This document shows, one piece after another, positions 32,919-44,497 of a DNA stretch of 64,000 bases. The stretch covers positions 152,706,001 to 152,770,000 of the forward strand of contig OZ024741.1 of NCBI GenBank assembly GCA_964016885.1, written 5' to 3'. Within the stretch, counting starts at the first letter, position 1. Each line of letters begins with the position of its first letter. Origin of the DNA: Eledone cirrhosa. Taxonomy: Eukaryota. The position numbers were made by a program, and so were the translations under genes. The notes under the pieces are model-generated. The model ran no database searches. It had not been told where the DNA came from and saw only the letters and a list, made by a program, of their open reading frames with translations.

Positions 32919-33278
32919 CAGTGGTGGCGAGGGGTAACCCGGAAAGCAGGGCATGTAGTCCAATCGCCATGGCGGAAAGTGGGACTGTGCAGCCTTACCT
33001 CCCCCCCCCCCCGCCCGGTCAAAGCCGCATGTAGTGTTATCTAGTGTGTGTGTTATCTTTTTATGTGTCTACGATTTATTAAGCAGTCAAAATTCTACTT
33101 GCCCCAAAGCTGTCGTGTGTTTGTGTGTTTGTGTGTGTGTGTGTGTGTGTTATCTTTATTTGTGACTATACGTTTTAGTAAGCAGCCAAACTTCTGCTTG
33201 CTTCAACCGACGCAATTGATCAACTCAAGATTCTATAACGCATGCACTGCATGCGTTGCATGCACGGACCCTTCGCCC

Positions 33279-33282
<4 letters not shown>
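32919..33282. mobile_element. Possible MITE with imperfect CAG(G/T)GGCGA TIRs in TA context
   Basis: Left tatcagtggtggcgagggg; the right end reverse-complements to tatcaggggcgaaggg. Confidence 0.35.
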
Positions 33283-33321
<39 letters not shown>

Positions 33322-33848
33322 CGTTCACTCACACTCGCTTCTTTTCAGACATCCTATTTACATCCACACATATACACACCCCCATCTACACACACACACC
33401 TTACCTTCCGCCATCCTGTACTATGAGTATTTTGCATCACTCCTCTACCCTCTCTACCCTTTCTCCCAGTCGACCCCCCCCCCCCCACACACACACACAA
33501 ACTCACACTATCACACCAATGCCTTGGCCCCACCCTCCACCCTGGACCTATACTTCTCCCTAACCCTTTACTTTTACATTTTTTTTTTATTTATATTTAT
33601 TTTTAGTTTTATATTTCTCTTTATATTGTGTTCTTTACTTTGTAACTTCCTTCCTTAAAACCCTCCTTACTCCCTCTCAAAGTTCCTGTTCTCACCCTAT
33701 CCCAACTTTCCTGGTAAAGGACTTATGTCCGAAACGTTGACACCTCCTCCATTTCCACCAAGCGTGATCCTAATATAACTGTGTACAATTGCCTCATTGC
33801 TTCCTGTGTTTTGTTCGTTCATTTCAATTATATGTGGGGGGGGGGGGG

Positions 33849-34160
33849 GTGCATGGCTTAGTGGTTAGAGCATTGGCCTTGCAATCGAAAGGTTGTGAGT
33901 TCAATTCTCAGACCGGGTGATGCGTTGTGTCCTTGAGCAAGACACTTTATTTCACGTTTACTCAGCTGTAGAAATGAGTTGCGACGTCACTGGTACTAAG
34001 CTGTATCGGCCCTTGGACATCATGGGTGGCATGGAGAAGGGAGGCTGGTATGCATGGGTGAGTGCTGATCTTCCTCAAACAACCTTGCCCTGACTTGTGC
34101 CTCGGAGGAAAACTTTCTGTGTGCAAATCGCATGGTCATTCGTGACCGAAGGGGATCTTC
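33849..34160 (+). mobile_element. tRNA-head CORE-type SINE
   Basis: A box tggcttagtgg, B box gagttcaattc, CORE-like gtgtccttgagcaagacacttta. Confidence 0.75.
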
Positions 34161-34186
34161 GATATGTATATATATATATATATATA

Positions 34187-35570
34187 TATTATTATATTTA
34201 GAGTATACACTCAAAGAGTCATTTACAATTAATTAGCTCAAAGAAATAAGCATTTCCGAGCCGTGTAATACAAGTTAATATAAATTAATATATGATAAAC
34301 ACCTAAGTGTTTGTATTGTAAAAGACACAAGTTAGCTAGAATGAAACAAACTAATTCAAATTAATATAGCCTGCCTGTATCGATTTAAAAAATAATAAAT
34401 CAATATACACAAACTTATATTGGCAAATAGCCGTGGTACCTAGACAAATTTAAATTTCAAAATTCAAACCTTTTCCGCAGATCAATCTGAACCTCAAAAT
34501 CAAAATAATGTTTCGCAAACGATGGTATAAGAGCGAAATAATCAATTTTCTGTGCTTATCAATAGGTACCCAGAAAAATTAAGTTACTTCACCTCGAAAA
34601 AATTCTGAAGGTGTGGTTTACGAGCACAAACGCACGAGGTTTTGCACTCGGTTCTTCCAGCTCACTAGCCTCTCATACTCATGGCGCTAGAAATAACAGC
34701 CGTTTATATGGGATTAAAGATTAGCTCAACCGAGGGAACAGTAATATATTATATTTAGAGTATACACTCAAAGAGTCATTTACAATTAATTAGCTCAAAA
34801 AAAGAAGCATTTCCGAGCCGTGTAATACAAGTTAATATAAATTAATATATGATAAACACCTAAGTGTTTGTATTGTAAAAGACAAAAGTTAGCTAGAAAA
34901 TCGATACAGGCAGGCTATATTAATTTGAATTAGTTTGTTTCATTCTAGCTAACTTTTGTCTTTTACAATACAAACACTTAGGTGTTTATCATATATTAAT
35001 TTATATTAACTTGTATTACACGGCTTGGAAATGCTTCTTTTTTTTAGTTAATTAATTGTAAATGACTCTTTGAGTGTATACTCTAAATATAATATATTAC
35101 TGCTCCCTCGGTTGAGCTAATCTTTAATCCCATATAAACGGCTGTTATTTCTAGCGCCATGAGTATGAGAGGCTAGTGAGCTGGAAGAACCGAGTGCAAA
35201 ACCTCGTGCGTTTGTGCTCGTAAACCACACCTTCAGAATTTTTTCGAGGTGAAGTAACTTAATTTTTCTGGGTACCTATTGATAAGCACAGAATATTGAT
35301 TATTTCGCTCTTATACCATCGTTTGCGAAACATTATTTTGATTTTGAGGTTCAGATTGATCTGCGGAAAAGGTTTGAATTTTGAAATTTAAATTTGTCTA
35401 GGTACCACGGCTATTTGCCAATATAAGTTTGTGTATATTGATTTATTATTTTTTAAATCGATACAGGCAGGCTATATTAATTTGAATTAGTTTGTTTCAT
35501 TCTAGCTAACTTTTGTCTTTTACAATACAAACACTTAGGTGTTTATCATATATTAATTTATATTAACTTG

Positions 35571-35575
<5 letters not shown>
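34187..35575. repeat. ~1.4-kb inverted duplication built from a 557-bp partial tandem unit
   Basis: Direct period 557 (34201->34758); 34899-35575 is the reverse complement of the unit. (TA)n flanks. Confidence 0.9.
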
Positions 35576-35619
<44 letters not shown>

Positions 35620-35627
<8 letters not shown>

Positions 35628-36045
35628 ATCAAAAGATGGTTAAAAGAGTTCCATGTATTTTATTATGCGCATTTCAAAAACAAATATCATCATGCAATAA
35701 CATTTGTGTTTTCATCAGATAAAATAGGAAGACATGATATGAAGGGTAAAAACACTTGTGGATAGTGCAGTTTTAAATCAACATATCATTTGTGTTTTCA
35801 TCAGATAAAATAGGAAGACATGATATGAAGGGTAAAAACACTTGTGGATAGTGCAGTTTTAAATCAACATATCATATGATATGTTGATTTAAAACTGCAC
35901 TATCCACAAGTGTTTTTACCCTTCATATCATGTCTTCCTATTTTATCTGATGAAAACACAAATGTTATTGCATGGTGATATTTGTTTTTGAAATGCGCAT
36001 AATAAAATACATGGAACTCTTTTAACCATCTTTTGATCTTATATA
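35620..36045. repeat. Fold-back repeat carrying two opposed hammerheads and an 86-bp duplication
   Basis: Centre ~35875 (atcatatgat); the arms are reverse complements. 35702 and 35788 are tandem copies. Confidence 0.85.
35939..36009 (+). ncRNA. Type I hammerhead ribozyme with long stem II
   Basis: Stem I tattttat/ataaaata; CTGATGA; stem II acaaatgttatt/ggtgatatttgt; GAAAT-gcgc-ATA. Inverted copy at 35656-35725. Confidence 0.85.
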
Positions 36046-36132
36046 TTATGTATACTCCAGTCCTACAAACTGTAGAGTGCTTCTTATCCGATATCTGCAT
36101 TGCTTTATTGTACTACAATAAAACTCACCTCC

Positions 36133-36251
<119 letters not shown>

Positions 36252-36634
36252 CGCTTAGCCAAACATCCCATCCCTCTCGACAAGGGCCCGACAGCAATTC
36301 TTTCACTGGCAATCAACAACTCTCACTTATCTGCCTCTTCTCTGCATTTTCCCTGTCAATGCATTTTTACGGCACAACCTCACCATAATAGTGTTTGCTA
36401 CTACCTCTGCTGGTACATACTGTTGTATTTTTTTAAGGGAACATCGCATGATAAACAAAGAGACTGCCGCATAACACAGATGTCTTAATGAACACTATAT
36501 AGTGAATAGCACAATTCAAATTAACCATACCGTTTTTTCCTTTTTGCTGAAGTCAAGTAAAGATATAAATTCAACCAGAATTATTGGTATTTGTCGTGTT
36601 TAACATCATCTTCCACAACAACCAAAAGCTGCAC

Positions 36635-36715
<81 letters not shown>

Positions 36716-37039
36716 CAAGTGGAAGCTTGGTAAAATTGGAGCTTTGGCTGTGGCCAAGCGAAGTCGACCTACAATAAGGAATGAGTAGCAAAGCACTCAA
36801 TAAGGGTAGGTCCTTAGAGCAATAACATACGTTTAAATAGCTTGACAAATTGAAAAATTGCGGTATATTTATACAAGAAATGTAATGGAAGAGAACACCT
36901 AACACTGACAAAAAAAGGTAAGGAAAAGGGACTGTTCTGAACTGCCTGCTGTTGAGTAACATCTGGTTTGCCAGCATGTTGTCGAGTCTGCCTGAGCAAA
37001 GTTGGTTTGATTAGACACGAACAAAGTCATATCAGTAGA

Positions 37040-37300
37040 TCATGTAGATTATGATCTGAAAAGGTGTAAGGAATGTGACAAAGAATGTGCAAGCATGGAA
37101 GGTCTTAAAAGACACATGAGAACACACAGTCAGAACCAAGCAGTGGAAAGTCCCAGAGGAGCTTACAGTTGCCATGTGTGTGCCAGAGGGTGCAAGTTTT
37201 TGGCTGGTGTAAAGAACCACATTTGTGCCTCACATTTTTTAGCATTTTATCAGGTGATTGCAATGCTCAAACACGAGTTTGTGGTCATCATGTATGAATG
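37040..37300 (+). mobile_element. RTE LINE 3' end with two C2H2-like fingers
   Basis: CKECDKECASMEGLKRHMRTH and CHVCARGCKFLAGVKNH. Tail ctcaaacacgagtt..catcatgtatg resembles the RTE-derived SINE tail. Confidence 0.65.
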
Positions 37301-37329
37301 TATTTATGTAAACACTTTTGTGCTGAGGG

Positions 37330-37940
37330 AAGTATTGCACTCCACCTCCGAATACAGGAGTCGATGTCTCTTGAGGCAGTGATGTATCTCCCTAGATGTT
37401 TCGGTCCCTTCCACCGCGAAACCAGAGTTACTTGGGGTCACCTACCGATGTAGACAATGAAGCTCCTGTACAACAACACAATCTCTGGTAAGTCTGGTGT
37501 AGTGACTCGCTTTCTCAGCTGCCTCCGATTATGCCCTCGAAAGTTGTCTCGTTTCTTTATCTACCAGTCCCAGGCCCCTGTGCAGTGAGTCAACTGCGGT
37601 TCCGACAAATCCTCTGACACCTATCTCCAGAGGGACCAAGGATGTCCTCACCTGCTCATATCTGAGTTCAACCAGCTCACCCTACTTCTTGACTTTCCAG
37701 TTAAATGCATCATCGATGTTTACCTCCCAAGGGACAGTAAGCTCCACCTTCTTTTCCTTGAACAACAAAACGAGGTCGGGTCTCTCGATAAAAGGGAAAA
37801 GTGGTATTTGCCATCCAATTCAACTGAGTCCTGCCAAATTCCCTCCCTTTTTAGGTTAGTCTTCTTTCTTATAGTGGCTGGCTTGCAGTGTTCCTTACAA
37901 AACTTCATATCACCCTTCTCCAGCAGTCTCTTGCCGTTGT
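37330..37940 (-). pseudogene. HERO-clade RLE retrotransposon 3' fragment
   Basis: Hand translation gives RPDLVLL..VELTVPWEVNIDDAFNWKVKK*..PLEIGVRGFVG..LGL..AAEKASH. Confidence 0.75.
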
Positions 37941-37954
37941 TACTCCTTTTCACG

Positions 37955-37986
<32 letters not shown>

Positions 37987-38106
37987 CAAGTTGTCTTTAT
38001 TTAAATGTTTAATCAATTAATTAGAAGTTTGGCGTTTACGTCACTTTAATTAATTCTAGAGTCAGCAGGATTATGCACCCCACTTCAGTGTCGGTAGTAC
38101 TATTCC

Positions 38107-38216
38107 ATCTATGATATAAGTTCATATAGGCTGCTACACAACAGAGTATTGATATATGAATGATCACGAAGACTGCCGTTTATTGAAATGAATTAATTAA
38201 AATATGAAAAGATAAC

Positions 38217-38308
<92 letters not shown>

Positions 38309-38437
38309 TTATCATTAAGATAGGGTGTTATCTTTTTCATATTTTAATTAATTCATTCAATAAACGGCAGTCTTCACGATCATTCATATATCAATACTCT
38401 GTTGTGTAGCAGCCTATATGAACTTATATCATAGATA
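38107..38437. repeat. ~115-bp inverted repeat enclosing a (TA)n tract
   Basis: 38107-38222 versus 38321-38437, with a few mismatches. Confidence 0.9.
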
Positions 38438-38803
38438 GTTGTTATCAGTCCGAGTTAATCTGTTTGTTTTTTTTGTTTTGTTTTTTTTGTTTTTGTTTTT
38501 TTGTATTACGAATGATTTTTATTTTATTTTTTATTGACAGTCGGGTATGTGATTTGAGGGAGATTTCGCTGCTTATTTCTATCTTGAGCAAACCTATGAT
38601 GAAAGCCTTCCAGTCATCACCATCCGATGGTTAGTTTATCAGGAACTACATTATCTAATGTATCGTTCTTCTATGTGGTTTTTACAGAGTCTTGGCAGCT
38701 ACTTATAGCATTGAGGCTTGTTTAGTTGTTATTTAGCTCCAGATTAGCCCTGAAGGAATAGACCTATGAGTACATCCATTTCTGACTATCCTTATATATT
38801 TGT

Positions 38804-39269
38804 AAATAACTAACAACTAGTTATCGCTCTACATGGCTGAATACAATAAATGTAATCTGAGTTTTTCGAATATTAATAATAATATTCGATTCGTTTGCAA
38901 TGATGCAAACAGCCTCTTTTATAAGCCATGTCAGTAGAATGAGGCCCTCGTTCTCGCTCTTGTGTTGGCATGCAAACAGAACTGCAGACACAAATGTTTC
39001 TGGATGATTACCCTTCATCAGTGCAGTATACTGCTTATCTGCCAACTGTCAGAGCTAGTGAAAATATATGATATTTTCTAAAATATACAGTGACTGATCG
39101 GTCTGATTTGCATATTAGCAAACCAACTGATCAGCCAGATTTGCCATATTCAAATAACTAACAACTAGTTATCGCTCGACATGACTGAATACAATAAATG
39201 TAATCTGAGTTTTTCGAATATTAATAATAATATTCGATTCGTTTGCAATGATGCAAACAGCCTCTTTTC
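38804..39269 (-). mobile_element. 348-bp hammerhead monomer, 1.3 tandem copies (retrozyme-like)
   Basis: Direct repeat 38804-38920 = 39152-39269 (period 348); hammerhead at 38982-39026; octamer at 39106-39113(-). Confidence 0.78.
38982..39026 (-). ncRNA. Minimal type I hammerhead ribozyme
   Basis: Minus strand reads ctgca-CTGATGA-agggtaatcatcca-GAAAC atttgt GTC-tgcag. Confidence 0.75.
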
Positions 39270-40123
39270 GAAAATGTTCACTACCTGACTTGTTCAAACG
39301 TCTCCAATTCACACACTCCTCAGCCATTTTCTCCCATTCGTCAGATGAAATTCCAGCACAAGCCAAGGTGTCCCTGACACAGTCTCGGTACTGAATTTTT
39401 GGTTTGTGTGGTGGTCGCCTTCCTTCACACAGTTCTCCGTAAATATACGATCATCAGACATTCGGACCACGTGACCGCACCACCTCAACCGATGCAGAAA
39501 GATCGTGCTATTTATAATCATGCTCCGGCTCCGTTCGAGAACTTCCAAATCACAGACGAACATTTTCCATCGCACCCCAAGTATCTTACGAAGAGATTGT
39601 TGGTGAAACCTCTCCTGTTCCTTGAGGTATTTTCTGTATGTGACCCGCATTTCACAAGCAGAAAGCAAAGAGGAGGCGACACAAGTCAGATACACTTTTA
39701 CCTTAGTTTCGATAGTGATACTTCGTCGGGACCATAAACGTTCATGCAGCCGTCCAAAAGCATCACTGGTTTTCTTGATTCTTAAGGATATCCCATCATC
39801 TAGTGTGCATGAAGTGTTCAACGTACTACCAAGGTAAACAAACTTGTCAGAAACTTTTAGCCTCTTTCCGTACACGCACACACTTGGTGTAGTGTATTCT
39901 TTTCCAGGTGCTGGCTGATACATCACAACAGTCTTTTCCAGGATTATTGTGAGACCCAAAGCACTGCAAGCTTCATAAAAAGAGTTCATAATATGCTGCA
40001 TGTCACTTTGTGAGTGTGCAAAAAGATCGCAGTCATCTGCATTCACAAACTCGGATTATAGATGTTAATACCTTCGTGCTTGCACCAAAGCGCCTGATAT
40101 TGAACAACCTTCCTGAAGTGCGA
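39270..40123 (-). pseudogene. RTE (BovB-like) reverse transcriptase fragment
   Basis: YRTSGRLFNIRRF, ADDCDL, GLTIILEKTVVMYQPAPG, FVYLGS, AFGRL..RLW, LRWCGHVVRM. Confidence 0.9.
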
Positions 40124-40445
40124 TACATACATACATACATACATACATACATACATACATACATACATACATACATACATACATACATGATGGCTGCCCC
40201 CTCGTAATCGAATATGGCCATTGCACGATATAGCATTATTAATAATTATAAAGGGCGGTGGATTGGCAGTATCGGCAGAGGGTCGGACGCCATGCTTTCC
40301 AGCATAGTTACGTCCCTTTACGATCTGAGTTCAAATCCCGCCGAGGTTGACTTTGCCTTGCATCCTTACGGGGTCGATAAAATAAAGTACCAGTAATGCA
40401 CTGGGTAATTGCTGGCCTTGTGCCTAAAGTAGAAACAATTATTAA

Positions 40446-40483
<38 letters not shown>

Positions 40484-40612
40484 AAAGTTCTATTTAAATT
40501 ATTGGGATACAACAAGCAAATATTTTTATAACTAATATAAAGCACTCAACAAATAATTGGAGTAAAAATACGATATTGACAAATGGAAACTATATTTATA
40601 AAACCATATTTA

Positions 40613-40673
40613 TTTCATTATACATATTTCAAGGACACCAAGTTAAATTATGGTGTGCTTTCATCAGATAAAA
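40613..40673 (-). ncRNA. Type I hammerhead ribozyme in PLE 3' pLTR
   Basis: Minus strand reads ttttat-CTGATGA-aagcacacca..tggtgtcctt-GAAAT-atgt-ATA-atgaaa. Confidence 0.75.
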
Positions 40674-41269
40674 TATAATATAGAGCAGTTTTATAAATAA
40701 ATATTGACATACCCTTAAAGAATGCAACCATTACTGTTGGAAGCTCCCGGATAGTGGAGTTATATTTATACTTATAGTATTAGGTAAGTTAGTATTGGAT
40801 ATTTTTAAATAAGCCGTTGGGTTACGGAGAAAGAGAAAGAGAGAGAGCAGAATAACAGAGAGAAAAAAAGAGAGAAAAAAGAGAGAGAAAAGAGAGAGAG
40901 AAAGCATAACAACAGAGAGAGAAAAGAAATAGAAATAGAAAAAAGAAGAAGAGAGAGAGGAGAAAGGGAAAGGAGAGAGAGAGAGTGAAAACTCCAAGTT
41001 ATATCTTGTTGATTTATCTTAACATTTGAGATGAAATGAATAAATAAAATGTTAATAATCATGAATGGAATATACATATATAATATGAGAAATTTAACCA
41101 TTGTTTATATATGATTAAATGTTTAGTTAATCAGTTATAATATTGAGATCAATACTTTAAAAATTGAGATCTATATATTAAGAAATCTATATATTATTAT
41201 TAAGACTATATATTATAAGAAGAATATAACACATATACATACGCAAAAATATAAATATATATACACACG

Positions 41270-41310
<41 letters not shown>

Positions 41311-42220
41311 CTACGTATATAATATATACATACAAAATATAAATGATTTTTTAATTTAAGATATAGGAAAACTTATAAAATCAGAGAAAGTCTTTTCAAT
41401 GTAATATCAAAGCAGCGTGAAGGAAAATTACGTTACTTAGTTATATAGATGTTACAATTGTTAAGATATTAAAGGAAATTTGTTTTGATATACACACTTT
41501 ATGTTATTATACAAAATTTTATATAAGTTTTATAAGATTAACCTGCTATGTAGTTATAACTGTTATTATATGTTTATTTGTCACGAACCTTGTATGCGTA
41601 TATATATATATATACATACACAATTCACACATATGCATATATATATATACACATGTACCCACACGAATATGTAGATATGCATCACATACACATATACATA
41701 CAAATAGACATACACGCATAAAACATATGTATATGTATATCAATACACACATATACATTCACATACGCACATATATAGAGAGAATAATATATAAATATAG
41801 TACATAGTATAATTGAAGTACATAAAATACAAAAGAATTATATTACGATTTGGAAATATAATTGTAAGCAATATAACTTTAAAACAATATAATAATTTTA
41901 AAAATATTATAGAATATTTCAAGTTATAATTTTAAAATAATGATATGTTTAATAAATTTAGTATAAAAATTTTCTACGTATATTTAACTTAATTTACTTT
42001 TATATCCATAAGAGAAAGAATAAAGAAAAAGAAACTTTAAAAAGATAAACTTTCGAAAATAGGAGAAACTATCAAAAATTATTTTCCCCTTTTAAGAGCT
42101 TTCAGTATATTTCTCTAGAAAAATTTATTATGTTTATTTATATTTAGGAAGAAAAGTTTGTTTTACTTGAGTGTATAATCAGTCAAAGAAATGAAGGAAT
42201 CTAATGATTTATCGATAGGT

Positions 42221-44342
42221 TCAATATAAGAATATTTCCTCTATACAAAGATCACAATTTTCTGAAGAGGAGTTAAAAGGAGTAGCTTTTGAAATAATAT
42301 TCCAAATCAACGAATATTTAACATTCTTTAGTTTGAGGTCCCATAATAAGCTAGATAGAGAAGTTGAGGATTTTTTGTTTGGATCCGTAAAAGAATTTTT
42401 ATGATTATTGAAGCGGGATTTAAACTCTGTGGAAGTGGATCCCACATAATTAAATGAATTTAAATTAGTTTTTACATTACAATTATGTACTATATTTTTA
42501 GCTAAGCAATTGTTATTTAACGGACAGTTAGATTTAATTCTACTGTTACATTTATCAAATTGGATATTGCTTGGGTTATTAGTGGTATTTTGGTTAGGTT
42601 TTAAATTTCTATTATTAATTCTATTAATATTTTGCGCTAAGTTTTTGGTAGAAGAATAAGTTAATTTTATAGTATGTCTATTAAAAATTGAATAATATCT
42701 ATGTGTTCTAGGGAAGCATTTGTCAAGAGCTTTAAAAAATAGTTTAGCAATAGGGGTTTTAATATTTAATGAGAAAGGAGGAGCGAACCATAATATGTTC
42801 CTAGTTCTATTTCTTTTTTTGTTTTCGGAATTATTGTAAGGTTTTCTATTATAGTTGTTAAAATTGTTAAAATAGTTAAAATTGTTACGATTATGGTTAG
42901 TTGTTATATTATTATTATCAATGTATTTAATTTTATTTCTATACCCAGCTCTACCTAACGCTTCGTTGTAATAATGTGCTTTTTCATCAAATATATTCTT
43001 ATTAGCTGAAATTCTCGAAATTCGTTCCTGTACAGAGTTCACTATAGTATTTTTAACGGATCAGGGGTGATTAGAGTTAAAATTGACGTAGTTTTAGTTC
43101 TCATTTAGTTTGTGAAATAGATAATGAAGACATGTGTGTGTTAAGGTTTAGTGTTACATCTAGAAAGTTAACTATTTCATGGTTATTCTCTATTTCTACT
43201 TTTAGATTAAGGTAATTAAAAAATTGTATAATTTGTTTTCTTTTTCTATTTAGTTCATAGTTATTATTTTCTATAAGTAAAAGCATGTCGTCACGATATA
43301 AACCTCCGGTTAAATCAGGTATTTTTCTATGTAGAGAATTATTTATAAAGAGGCCCACAAGATCCGTTACCTGAGCGGAATCGGATGATCCCATAGTTAT
43401 ATCGAAGTTATTATTTCTATCTGCCCTAGTCCAGAGTTGGTTATTAAATTCTATTAATGTTTTCCGTGCCGATAATATAATGTGCATTTCATTGCTAGTT
43501 AAGTCTGTATGTTTAAATGCGTAAGTTAGTGCTTTATTCAGTAGATTAGGAGTGATAGATGAGTAATAGTTAACAATATCCAACTGAATAAACTTATTAT
43601 TATAGTTATATTTAATTTCCTTAAACCAATCGATAACTTCACTAGTTCCTTTCCATAATTTTAAATAAGATAAATTCTTAATTTGTGGTATTATTCTGTC
43701 TAAAATGTTTTTGCTAAGTCTGCCAAGGTCCGATTTAGATGGTGCAATTAATCTGACTGGTAAACCCGTTTCAAAATTCCTTTTGTGATCCTTCATATTA
43801 ATCTTAGGTTTCCTTGGCATGAAGGGTTGTGTTTTATTTTCAATGCCTAGTTCATGCATTATATAAGAGGCTTCCGTATTCAATTTTTCAAGGTCGTCAT
43901 TATTTGCTACTTTGTATTTCTTCCTTAATTCCTTTAATATAAGATCGTTATAAATGTCCTTTTGTATTCCGTAAAGATTATTGGTTTTGTCAGACTTGAC
44001 TAGAATTTTCTCCGTTCTCTCCAAGTTTTCAATATTATTTTTAATATTTCTTAAGTAATCCTGGCCTTTGAAGTTGTTTTTGAATTTGATGCTTTGGATG
44101 ATAGATATGATTTCATTTTCAAAATCCATTAGTAGTTTGTTGGGGGGTGGATTTTTTTTAGATTTGAAGATTTTATCCAGATTGGAGACATTTTCATTTA
44201 GATTAGATTTATCGAAGTGGAAAGCACGCCACCTGATTCTTCTTATAAAAGAGTCTGATTTTTCTATTAATTGTTTAATAAAATCTTTGTTCCTAGGTAA
44301 AGGTATGTCTTTTAGAGAAGAAGAGATCTTAAAGAATTCCAT
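42221..44342 (-). pseudogene. PLE RT + GIY-YIG ORF, disrupted (frameshift/stop ~43060-43130)
   Basis: KSDKTNN, QLDIVNYYSSI, TMGSSDSAQVTDLVG, LYRDDM, NFLDVTL. Then WFAPPFS, CPLNNNCL, YVGSTSTEFKSRFNNH, CDLCIEE. Confidence 0.9.
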
Positions 44343-44497
44343 TTTTTCAGTTATAATATAAAGCGCTCAACAATACAGGAGCAGAATATATGCAAAAGTT
44401 CTATTTAAATTGTTGGGATACAACAAGCAAATATTTTTATAACTGATATAAAGTATCATTTGTCAATATCGTATATATATATATATATATATATATA

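Larger units (their letters stand above)
40478..44473 (-). mobile_element. Full-length Penelope-like element (AT-rich; probably Hydra-type), inserted in (TA)n
   Basis: Terminal direct repeat 40478-40543 / 44389-44453; 18-bp inverted tip at 44458-44475; RT and GIY-YIG ORFs; hammerhead in the 3' end. Confidence 0.88.

Noticed and set aside
33849-33920. tRNA-like sequence
   Set aside because: The cloverleaf is imperfect and runs directly into a CORE-like SINE body, so it is a SINE head rather than a tRNA gene.
37040-37235. Host C2H2 zinc-finger gene fragment
   Set aside because: The fingers are followed by an RTE-type 3' tail and microsatellite; better explained as a LINE end.
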